The notes under the pieces were generated by a model. It was not told the DNA's origin and made no database searches. It saw only the letters and a program-made list of their open reading frames with translations. The translations under genes and the position numbers were made by a program. A stretch of DNA of 46,438 bases, from positions 1-46,438 of the forward strand of contig CAMVLU010000001.1 of NCBI GenBank assembly GCA_947168405.1, given 5' to 3'. Source of the DNA: an uncultured Clostridia bacterium. Lineage in GTDB: Bacteria > Bacillota_I > Bacilli_A > RF39 > UBA660. Shown here in pieces: positions 1-8,607 of this stretch. Position 1 is the first letter of the stretch, and each line of letters begins with the position of its first letter.

Positions 1-22
1 GCTATTTCTTATAACATTTACT

Positions 23-2140
23 TCAACTTTTGTTTCCACTTTTTGCTGTATTTTGTTCTATTAAATTAGATAGATTACTTTGTACCTTATCTAAATTATT
101 ATTAATATTTATTATGTTGTAATTAATACAATTTAATATATCAGATTTAGTTAATTTTGTTATAGTATCATCATCACACAAAACTATTTGACTTAATGAA
201 CATTCTATATATGGACGATACTCCTCACTATAACTTTGTCTAAATATTTTTTTTATTAATTTTTTTACCCATTCATTATTACTATATAAAAGATTATATA
301 ATAATTTAGAATTTTTAAAATCTTGAAATTCTATTTCTCGTATTTTTGAAAAGTTAAAGGAAAATTCTTCTATCTTTCCAATTGAAGATGGAAGAGATAT
401 TTTAGTAAAATCTTGAGTATCAAATACATCGTTTCCAATATACTTTAAACCTTCATTTAATACAATATCTTTTAATTTAGACATACCAAATAGGGGAGGA
501 CCACTACTTATAATTTCTAATGTTTGAGGAAATATCACAACTTTTCCATCTGTTTCACTACTAAATTTATTAGTTAACTCAGGAATTGAGGAAGAATCTA
601 ATTCTACTAATCCTGATGGTATATAATATCTATCACTGGTATTGACTTTTTGATATAATTTATATAAATCATAATACATTGGTTTATTCTTACCAGTTAC
701 TTCATATAATTTATATAGCATTTGAAGTGTAATACCATTCTTTAGTATATATTGATATGGAAAAACAACATGATTTATAATTGATTTATATTGGGTAAAA
801 AACTCTTCTAATCCGTTTTCTTTATGAAAAGCAAGCACTAAAGCAAGCAATTTTCTAGAGAACAATATTTTTTCCAAATCAAATTTCTTATTTTCTTTTA
901 AATATTCATTTAGTAATTTAAGAACTTTTCCCAATGAATTATTTTCTTCAAACTTCTTAGATTCAATGCTATTTCCTTGATAAATTTCATTTATAAGTTT
1001 AGATAATATATTTTTATAACAATCTAACTCATTGTATATATCTTTTGTTTGAAATTGAGAAAATTTACTATTTATATCTGTTTTATTATTAATATTATAT
1101 GTTAATAAATTAAATCTTAACTTATAAAAATAATCAATATCAGTTTTAGGTATATAATCTTTTAATACTTCTATATATACTTTATATTTTTCTGTATCCA
1201 TATATATTTCATTTATATTTTCACTTGTTATATTATTATCAACATATTCAGCAATATTTAATAGAAATTCTTGAACTTTTTCATCTTTATTTTTTTCAAC
1301 AAACTCCTCAAGTTCTAATTCCGTTATAGCAATTTTTTTAAGAATATCCTGTTCTTTTTCTGAATTTAATACTAATTTTAATAAATTTGTAATATTTTGT
1401 AATTCAGAAAAATTAACATTTAAATATTTTTTTACATCAACAAAATATTCTAGTTTTTCCACATATATTTTTCTTCTTAAATTATCTTTTGTTACATCAT
1501 TATTTAGTTTATTATAAGTATCCATTTTATCAGCTAATGTGTTGTTATTATTTATAGCATTAGTAATTGCTTTATATTGTTGTTCTATTGTTTTAATAGT
1601 TATTTTACTTCTAGTTCCTGCTTCATTTATACTTCTTAATTCCATATTTTTCTTTATTCTTGCAGCTCTTGAAAATATTTCAATAAATTTATTTTCTTTT
1701 TTCAAATAATCTTCTTTATATTTTTCAATAGCAAGGCTTCTTAAATAACTTTCATATAATAGCTTTTCTATTTTTTGTTTTAGGACAATTATTTTCATAT
1801 TTTTTATTAAAGTATTAATATTTATTTCTTGTAATTCCTTTTCATTTTTATCATCTTTTCTTATTTCTTCATTTAATTCATATAGAAATTTTATTAATTG
1901 TTTAGATATATTTTCTCCTTTTAAAGATATATCTTTATCATAATTTACTATGTTTTCTAATTTTTCTACATTTATATTTTTTTTATACTCTAATACTTTT
2001 TCTTTATCTTCATTTGATAAATTATTGTAGTCTGGTAGTATAATATCACTTACATCATATAAAGATAGAGTAGTGCTTGTCTCCTCAACTGCTTCTTGTT
2101 TATTTTTAAATAATTTTTTTAATCTATCTATAAAATTCAT
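23..2140 (-). CDS. Large hypothetical protein (about 705 aa): long K/E/N-rich helical region plus a C-terminal segment resembling BspA-type leucine-rich repeats
   Basis: Long uninterrupted ORF (track 23..2245). Start trimmed to ATG at 2140 because AAGGAG (rc of 2147-2152) lies 6 nt upstream. The C-terminal part (GLKYIGNDVFDTQDFTKISLPSSIGKIEEFSF) looks like LRR_5/BspA repeats. No signal peptide seen. Confidence 0.55.
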   Translation of the reverse strand: MNFIDRLKKLFKNKQEAVEETSTTLSLYDVSDIILPDYNNLSNEDKEKVLEYKKNINVEKLENIVNYDKDISLKGENISKQLIKFLYELNEEIRKDDKNEKELQEININTLIKNMKIIVLKQKIEKLLYESYLRSLAIEKYKEDYLKKENKFIEIFSRAARIKKNMELRSINEAGTRSKITIKTIEQQYKAITNAINNNNTLADKMDTYNKLNNDVTKDNLRRKIYVEKLEYFVDVKKYLNVNFSELQNITNLLKLVLNSEKEQDILKKIAITELELEEFVEKNKDEKVQEFLLNIAEYVDNNITSENINEIYMDTEKYKVYIEVLKDYIPKTDIDYFYKLRFNLLTYNINNKTDINSKFSQFQTKDIYNELDCYKNILSKLINEIYQGNSIESKKFEENNSLGKVLKLLNEYLKENKKFDLEKILFSRKLLALVLAFHKENGLEEFFTQYKSIINHVVFPYQYILKNGITLQMLYKLYEVTGKNKPMYYDLYKLYQKVNTSDRYYIPSGLVELDSSSIPELTNKFSSETDGKVVIFPQTLEIISSGPPLFGMSKLKDIVLNEGLKYIGNDVFDTQDFTKISLPSSIGKIEEFSFNFSKIREIEFQDFKNSKLLYNLLYSNNEWVKKLIKKIFRQSYSEEYRPYIECSLSQIVLCDDDTITKLTKSDILNCINYNIININNNLDKVQSNLSNLIEQNTAKSGNKS

Positions 2141-2211
2141 ATTAGACTCCTTATTTATCATTATTTTATCACAAATTATATAAATACGACAATAAATTAT
2201 TATTCTATTAT

Positions 2212-2240
2212 TTGATAGAGTTTTATTTATATGATAAAAT
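2212..2240 (+). promoter_or_regulatory. Sigma-A-like promoter for the radical SAM gene (TTGATA-17-TAAAAT with TGn extension)
   Basis: TTGATA at 2212-2217, 17-nt spacer ending in TGA, TAAAAT at 2235-2240, about 22 nt before ATG 2263. Confidence 0.5.
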
Positions 2241-2262
2241 AGCAAAGAAAAGAAGTGATTTT

Positions 2263-3192
2263 ATGTATTTAAATAATAAAAGATATTATACTTTAGATAG
2301 TTTTTATAAAGAAAAATTTGGATGTAAGATAGCTAAAGTTAGTTTAAATGCTGGGTTTACTTGTCCAAATAGAGATGGAACTAAAGGAGTAGGGGGATGT
2401 ATTTATTGTTCTAGTCTTAAAAGTGGAGAATATGCTGGAGAAAAAGAAAAAGATATTGTAGAACAATTTAATGATATAAAAGATGTTATGTTACATAAAT
2501 GGAAGGATGCTAAGTTTATTGGATATTTTCAAGCAGGAACAAATACATACGCAAGTGTTGAAAAGTTAAAAAAAGTATTTGAACCTATATTAACATTACC
2601 TAATGTTGTTGGAATTAATATAGCAACACGTCCTGATTCTATAACTGATGAATGTTTAGATTATTTAAAAGACTTAAATAAAAGAACCTATTTAACAATT
2701 GAACTTGGTCTTCAAACTATCCATGATTCAACAAGTGAATTAATTAATAGATGTCATAGTTTAAAAGAATTTCATGAAATGGTAATTAAACTTCGTAAAA
2801 ATAATATAAATGTTGTTGTCCATATTATAAATGGACTTCCATATGAAACAAAAGAAATGATGATAGAAACAGTTAAATATGTTAATAATTTAGATATACA
2901 AGGTATTAAAATACATATGTTACATATTTTAAAAAATACTAAATTAGCGGATTTATATGAAAAAGAACATTTTCATGTATTAACAAAAGATGAATATATA
3001 GATATTGTGGTATCAGAACTAGAATATATAAGACCAAATATTGTTGTACATAGAATTACAGGAGATCCTAAAGTAGATGATTTAATAGAACCAAATTGGT
3101 TAATAAAAAAATTTGTTGTTTTAAATGATATAGATAAAGAATTAAAAAGAAGAGATACTTATCAAGGTAAAATGTTAGAAAAAAAGAATTGA
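2263..3192 (+). CDS. Radical SAM protein, TIGR01212 (YhcC/YtqA-like) family
   Basis: N-terminal FTCPNRDGTKGVGGCIYCS cysteine cluster and overall family-like sequence. Start trimmed to ATG 2263 (MYLNNKRYYTL). Confidence 0.85.
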   Translation: MYLNNKRYYTLDSFYKEKFGCKIAKVSLNAGFTCPNRDGTKGVGGCIYCSSLKSGEYAGEKEKDIVEQFNDIKDVMLHKWKDAKFIGYFQAGTNTYASVEKLKKVFEPILTLPNVVGINIATRPDSITDECLDYLKDLNKRTYLTIELGLQTIHDSTSELINRCHSLKEFHEMVIKLRKNNINVVVHIINGLPYETKEMMIETVKYVNNLDIQGIKIHMLHILKNTKLADLYEKEHFHVLTKDEYIDIVVSELEYIRPNIVVHRITGDPKVDDLIEPNWLIKKFVVLNDIDKELKRRDTYQGKMLEKKN

Positions 3193-3207
3193 TTATTCAA
3201 TTCTTTT
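3182..3207. terminator. Bidirectional intrinsic terminator between convergent genes
   Basis: Perfect 11-bp stem AAAAGAATTGA / TCAATTCTTTT with loop TTAT. A-run on one side and T-run on the other. Overlaps both stop codons. Confidence 0.75.
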
Positions 3208-3904
3208 AGTTTACTTTCTTTCCACATTCAGGACAAAATTTTGCTTCTTTTGTTAATTTTGTTCCACATTCTGTACAAAACTTAGAAGTTGTTGATTCTT
3301 TTTTCGTTGCTTTCTTTGTCTCTTTCTTTTCTTCTTTTACTTCTTCTTTTTTTTCTTCTACAACATTAGCATCTTCAACTTTTTCTTCAGTTGGTTCTTT
3401 CATTAAGTAGATAAATAATCCTCCAAGAAGAGTTCCAGTTAAAGCAGTAAATACTGTATAAACTACTGAATTCTTTTCGTTTAAATTCTTAAAGATATTA
3501 TAGAATGCCCAACATTCAAAAAATAATAGAGCATATTTTACTAAAGTACCTATATCACCATCACTTGTACCTAATACAAAAGACGCTACTCCTAAACCAA
3601 AAGTTATCCACATAAATGTGGTATTATTTGAATTTTTCTTATCTCCATATTTTTCAAATCCTAATTTTCCTAAAATGTAACTTCTTCCAATTGGAACAAA
3701 TACCAACCATGGGTTAGGAATATTATTCTTTTTAGCTAAATTCATTAATCCAATACTTCCAAATACCCATAAGAAGACAAATGCTATTGATAATATTATA
3801 ATAAGGAATACTGCTAAAACTCCTAAAGATGCTAAAAATCCTCCAAGTGCACCATCTCCAAAATCCCCTAATTTGTCTAGTCCATCTACATTAAAATGTA
3901 CCAT
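3206..3904 (-). CDS. Multi-pass membrane protein with K/E-rich linker and C-terminal zinc-ribbon
   Basis: Several hydrophobic segments, then FCTECGTKL...FCPECGKK (CxxC-x10-CxxC) at the C-terminus. Confidence 0.7.
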   Translation of the reverse strand: MVHFNVDGLDKLGDFGDGALGGFLASLGVLAVFLIIILSIAFVFLWVFGSIGLMNLAKKNNIPNPWLVFVPIGRSYILGKLGFEKYGDKKNSNNTTFMWITFGLGVASFVLGTSDGDIGTLVKYALLFFECWAFYNIFKNLNEKNSVVYTVFTALTGTLLGGLFIYLMKEPTEEKVEDANVVEEKKEEVKEEKKETKKATKKESTTSKFCTECGTKLTKEAKFCPECGKKVN

Positions 3905-3920
3905 TTTTTTACACCTCTTT

Positions 3921-5018
3921 CTATTTATTAAAGCGGAAATGACAAATATCTCCGTCTTTCATTAAATAATCTTTTCCTTCTATACGAAGGCGTCCTGCTT
4001 CTTTTACTTTTAGTTCGCTTCCATATTTTACTAAATCATCATAACTCATTACCTCAGCTTTAATAAAGCCATCTCGAAAATCTGTATGTATTATTCCTGC
4101 ACAGTCTCTTGCATTCATCCCATCACGATATGTCCATGCTCTAACTTCATCTGATCCTACTGTAAAATAAGTTCTTAAACCAAGTAAAGAATAAGTTTCA
4201 TTAATAAGTTCATCTAAACCACTTGTTTCTATTCCTAACATTTCTAACATTTCTTCTTTTTCTTCAATCGATAATTCTGATAATTCACTTTCAACTTTAC
4301 AACAAGTTTTTATTACTCTAGTATCTTTATTTTTTACATACTCTTTTAAAGCTTTAACATATTCATTATCCTCATGACCTAAATCATCTTCAGATATATT
4401 CGCTAAATATAAAATTGGTTTATATGTTAAAAATTGATATGATTTAATCTTTTCTATTTCTTCATCAGTAAATTCTATTTCTCTTAAAGGAATAGCTTTT
4501 TCTAAAGCATCTTTAGCTTTTTTTAAAGCTGATACTTCAATTAAAGAATCTTCATCTTTGGTAGTCATGGCTTTTTTTTCAATTTTAGCAAGTCTATTTT
4601 CTACAATTTCTAAATCACTTATAGTAAGTTCTAAATTAATTATTTCAATATCACGGACTGGATCTGGTTTGCCCTCAACATGAATAATATTTGAATCTTC
4701 AAAACATCTTACTACCTCAACAATAGCATCAACTTCTCTTATATGAGATAAAAATTTATTACCTAGTCCTTCTCCTTTAGATGCTCCTTTAACAAGTCCT
4801 GCTATATCAGTAAATTCAAAACTTGCAAGAATTAACCTTTCAGGCATATACATATCATTTAAAACATTCATTCTCATATCAGGAACATTTACTATTCCGA
4901 CATTTGGATCTATAGTAGCAAAAGGATAATTTGCTGCTAATATATTTTGTTTAGTAATAGCATTAAATAATGTTGATTTTCCAACATTAGGTAATCCTAC
5001 TATCCCTGCTTTTAACAT
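3921..5018 (-). CDS. ychF: Ribosome-binding ATPase YchF
   Basis: GIVGLPNVGKSTLFNA P-loop, full-length YchF-like sequence with C-terminal TGS-like domain, conserved position near parB. Confidence 0.95.
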   Translation of the reverse strand: MLKAGIVGLPNVGKSTLFNAITKQNILAANYPFATIDPNVGIVNVPDMRMNVLNDMYMPERLILASFEFTDIAGLVKGASKGEGLGNKFLSHIREVDAIVEVVRCFEDSNIIHVEGKPDPVRDIEIINLELTISDLEIVENRLAKIEKKAMTTKDEDSLIEVSALKKAKDALEKAIPLREIEFTDEEIEKIKSYQFLTYKPILYLANISEDDLGHEDNEYVKALKEYVKNKDTRVIKTCCKVESELSELSIEEKEEMLEMLGIETSGLDELINETYSLLGLRTYFTVGSDEVRAWTYRDGMNARDCAGIIHTDFRDGFIKAEVMSYDDLVKYGSELKVKEAGRLRIEGKDYLMKDGDICHFRFNK

Positions 5019-5030
5019 TTTAATTCCTCC

Positions 5031-6632
5031 TTATACAATTGGATATACTCCTGGTCCAATAGGTAAACCTATTATATACCATCCTATTAAAATGAGCAAC
5101 CAAGTAATTGAAATAATTATAAAATAAGGCATTATATATTTAATTGCTTTAAATATTCCAATTGGATTTTCAGAGTCACGATTATATATATTCATATAGG
5201 CAAGGAATATTACAAAGAATGCTGATAGGGGAGTAATACCTTTTGTCATAGAATCACTAGCACGAAGTACAAATTGTAAAAATTGTGGTGAAATATTAGA
5301 TTGCATTAATGGAGGAACTATAACTGGGGCAAGAATCTCCCATTTTGCTCCAGGTGTTGTAATAAATAAGGATGCAAAAGCAATTAATATTATTGCAATA
5401 ATTAATAAAGGTACTCCTGAAAATTGTAAACTATCAATAACATTCGCAACTATTCCCGTTAATACAACTCCAATATTTGTTTTTTTAAATATTGAAATGA
5501 ACTGAGAAGCCAAAAATATCAATATTATAACTCCTCCTAAATCTCTTAAATTATCATGACATTTTACAAATATATCTCGATCATTTTTGTAATTTTTAGA
5601 TCCAATTCCATAAAATAAACCGGTTACAATAAATAATAAACTCATCATATATGTAAAACCATCTTGGAAATATGAATTATCTCCAAATATTTGTCTTAAA
5701 TAAGTTTTTTCATTCATATCTAAAAGTAACCCTGACAATGGTAAATTAGGTATAACAGAATATATAAAAATAGATATCATTACAATAAATGCTATAAATC
5801 CATATTTAAATCCTCTTTTTTCTAAATATTCCTTATTTATTCTTTCTTTTTCTTTTTCTAAATCTATTATTTCAACGTCATTTTCCTGTACTAAATCTTT
5901 CTTTTCTTTTTCTTCTTTAAACTTTCCAAATTTAGGTACTATTAATCTTTCTACAATAATTGTTCCAACAAGAGATAATATAATACTAGATACAATCATT
6001 ATATATAAATTAGATAATAAACTTACATGATAATTAGTATCTATTAATCTTGCAGCACTTGTTGTATATGGAATAAGTGAAACTTCGGCAGAACCAACAA
6101 ATATTGTTGTTCCAGCACCAAATACAACACCACAAAAAGCCGCCATTATTCCTGATAAAGGACTTCTTCCTTTTTTTTCATATATACTTGCCGCAATTGG
6201 AATTAATATAATATATCCAATATCATTTATTATTGTTGATATTGTTGCAATAAATATAATTAAAAATGTTATTACTTTATTATTTATTTTTTTTAATATT
6301 TTATCATTAAAATAATCCATACTACCACTTGATTCAAGAAATGCTATTCCTATTGATATCATTAAAAACATAGATAAAGGTGCAAAACTAATAAAATTTT
6401 TAGTAGTATTACTAATTATATATTTTAATCCTTCAAAACTGAATAAATTTTCAACACTAACTGTATTTTGAACTATTGATAAATCTACTGAACTGATTGT
6501 ACTATATGTTGTTTGAAAACCGATAGACGACAATATTCCGCTTATTACAACAGTAATAAATATCAACAACAAGTATATAAAAATAGGATGAAATTTAGCC
6601 TTTTTTAATCTTAATTTTTTCTTTTTATTCAT
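5031..6632 (-). CDS. AbgT family (p-aminobenzoyl-glutamate-type) transporter
   Basis: About 530-aa polytopic membrane protein with AbgT-like N-terminus (KKAKFHPIFIYLLL). Start set to ATG 6632, preceded by AAAGGTGA plus a 5-nt spacer. Confidence 0.7.
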   Translation of the reverse strand: MNKKKKLRLKKAKFHPIFIYLLLIFITVVISGILSSIGFQTTYSTISSVDLSIVQNTVSVENLFSFEGLKYIISNTTKNFISFAPLSMFLMISIGIAFLESSGSMDYFNDKILKKINNKVITFLIIFIATISTIINDIGYIILIPIAASIYEKKGRSPLSGIMAAFCGVVFGAGTTIFVGSAEVSLIPYTTSAARLIDTNYHVSLLSNLYIMIVSSIILSLVGTIIVERLIVPKFGKFKEEKEKKDLVQENDVEIIDLEKEKERINKEYLEKRGFKYGFIAFIVMISIFIYSVIPNLPLSGLLLDMNEKTYLRQIFGDNSYFQDGFTYMMSLLFIVTGLFYGIGSKNYKNDRDIFVKCHDNLRDLGGVIILIFLASQFISIFKKTNIGVVLTGIVANVIDSLQFSGVPLLIIAIILIAFASLFITTPGAKWEILAPVIVPPLMQSNISPQFLQFVLRASDSMTKGITPLSAFFVIFLAYMNIYNRDSENPIGIFKAIKYIMPYFIIISITWLLILIGWYIIGLPIGPGVYPIV

Positions 6633-6831
6633 TTTCATCACCTTTTAAAGATATAATCTTTTTTATCTTTTTGTTAAATTCAATACGTGGTAACATTACC
6701 ATATGTCCACAATTTAAACATTTTATTTTTATATCAGCACCCATTCTTACTACTTCCCATAAATTACCTCCGCATGGATGTTGTTTTTTCATAGTAAGAG
6801 TCGTGCCAATTTCATATTTTTTTTCTTCCAT
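6625..6831 (-). CDS. DUF951 (YyzM-like) small zinc-ribbon protein
   Basis: MKKQHPCGGNLWEVVRMGADIKIKCLNCGHMVMLPR is typical of DUF951. Canonical position next to parB. Confidence 0.8.
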   Translation of the reverse strand: MEEKKYEIGTTLTMKKQHPCGGNLWEVVRMGADIKIKCLNCGHMVMLPRIEFNKKIKKIISLKGDENE

Positions 6832-6840
6832 ATATTACTC

Positions 6841-7725
6841 TCATTCGTGAATATTTAATAATTCCATAATTCTATTAAAATCATTTAAATCTTGAAAATT
6901 TATCTCTATTTTACTTCCTCTAATACGAACTTTTGTTTCTAATCTATCACATAATAATTCTTGAATATATTTATATGTTTTATTTTCTTCCGTTTCTTTT
7001 CTAACTATTTTATTTCTTTTTTCAATTGTTTTATCTTGAGTTAACTCTTCTATTGCTGCTGTTGTTAAACCTTCATTTATAATTCTATCTGCCATTTCTT
7101 CTACTTTATTTACATCTTTTATTTTACTTAATGCTCTTGCATGTGTAGCAGATATTTTTTTATCAATTACTAGTTTTTTTACAGAATCAGGTAAATTCAT
7201 TAATCCTACCATATTAGTAACATAACTACGACTTTTTCCAATTCTTTCTGCAAGTTGTTCATGATTTAATCCTTTTGCATTCATTAAATTTTGATATGCC
7301 ATAGCTTCTTCTATAGGATTTAAATCTTCCCTTTGTAAATTCTCTAAAAGAGCTATTTCCATCATTTCTTCATCATTAAAATCACGTATAATTGCTGGAA
7401 TTGTATCACGTCCTGCTAAAGCACTTGCTTTAGCACGTCTTTCTCCAGCAACTATTTCATATCCTTTTATACTTCTTTTTACAATTATTGGTTGAAATAC
7501 CCCATGTTCTTTTATAGAACTTGCTAGTTCATTTAAAGCATTTTGATCAAATACTTTTCTTGGTTGATAAGGATTACTTCTTAATTCATTAATAGGTATT
7601 TGTTTAATTTCTTCTTTCGGAGTTTCATTTACTATTTTTTCTTCTAAAGTATCAAAATCTAATACTTCTTCTCCAAACAATTCTTCTAAACCTTTTCCTA
7701 ATGCTCTTCTTCTATTTGTTTCCAT
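6841..7725 (-). CDS. parB: Chromosome partitioning protein ParB/Spo0J
   Basis: ALGKGLEELF N-terminus, ParB box VAGERRAKAS, HTH (IGKSRSYVTNMVGL). Sits immediately downstream of soj. Confidence 0.9.
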   Translation of the reverse strand: METNRRRALGKGLEELFGEEVLDFDTLEEKIVNETPKEEIKQIPINELRSNPYQPRKVFDQNALNELASSIKEHGVFQPIIVKRSIKGYEIVAGERRAKASALAGRDTIPAIIRDFNDEEMMEIALLENLQREDLNPIEEAMAYQNLMNAKGLNHEQLAERIGKSRSYVTNMVGLMNLPDSVKKLVIDKKISATHARALSKIKDVNKVEEMADRIINEGLTTAAIEELTQDKTIEKRNKIVRKETEENKTYKYIQELLCDRLETKVRIRGSKIEINFQDLNDFNRIMELLNIHE

Positions 7726-8497
7726 TTCTCATAATCACTTCCTTTGCTAAATTTAAATATGCTTCTGATCCTTTACTCTTTGGATCATAGGCAATAATTG
7801 GTTTACCATGACTTGGTGCTTCTGCAAGTCTAATTAATCTAGGAATAATAGTATCATATACTTTATCCTTAAAATAACTTCTTATTTCTTCTATAACATC
7901 AAGTCCTAAATTAGACTTAGATAACATTGTAAGAAGTACTCCTTCTAAATCTAATGATGGATTTAAATTTTTTTGAGTTAACATAATTGTATTTAATAAT
8001 TGAGTAATTCCTTCTAAAGCAAAAAATTCACACTGAACAGGAATTAAACAAGAATTACTTGCTGTTAAAGCATTTGTTGTTATCATACCTAAACTTGGAG
8101 GACAATCGATTATAATATAATCATAATTATTTTTTATTTTTTCAAGTTTTTCTTTTAATTGAAATGCTTTTCTAAAACTTGTATCTTGTCTACTTCTATC
8201 CATAAATTCAATATCAATACCTGCAAGTTGAATAGTTGAAGGTAATATATCTAAATTACCAAATTCTGTTTTTATAATTGTTTCTTCTGGTTCACATACT
8301 CCTCTTAATAAATCGTATACACTTTTAGAAACATCACCTTTATTAATTCCAACACCTGTTGTTGCATTTCCTTGAGGATCTAAATCAATTAATAATATTT
8401 TTTTTCCAAGTCTTGCAAGGGATGCTGATAAATTTATACTAGTAGTTGTTTTTCCAACACCACCTTTTTGATTTACTAATGCAATTATTTTTCCCAT
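7712..8497 (-). CDS. soj: Chromosome partitioning ATPase ParA/Soj
   Basis: Deviant Walker A NQKGGVGKTTT. Start trimmed to ATG 8497 with AAAGGTGG upstream. Confidence 0.9.
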   Translation of the reverse strand: MGKIIALVNQKGGVGKTTTSINLSASLARLGKKILLIDLDPQGNATTGVGINKGDVSKSVYDLLRGVCEPEETIIKTEFGNLDILPSTIQLAGIDIEFMDRSRQDTSFRKAFQLKEKLEKIKNNYDYIIIDCPPSLGMITTNALTASNSCLIPVQCEFFALEGITQLLNTIMLTQKNLNPSLDLEGVLLTMLSKSNLGLDVIEEIRSYFKDKVYDTIIPRLIRLAEAPSHGKPIIAYDPKSKGSEAYLNLAKEVIMRNGNK

Positions 8498-8583
8498 GAT
8501 TACCACCTTTTCTAATACGTTGTCATATTTATTTTACCAAAAAATAAGAAAATATGGAAGAATTATTTAATCAAATAGAGCAA

Positions 8584-8607
8584 AAAACTGATTATAAAAT
8601 CAGTTTT
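8584..8607 (-). terminator. Intrinsic terminator of the noc-like gene
   Basis: On the minus strand: AAAACTGATT-TTAT-AATCAGTTTT followed by TT. The hairpin contains the TGA stop. Confidence 0.75.
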
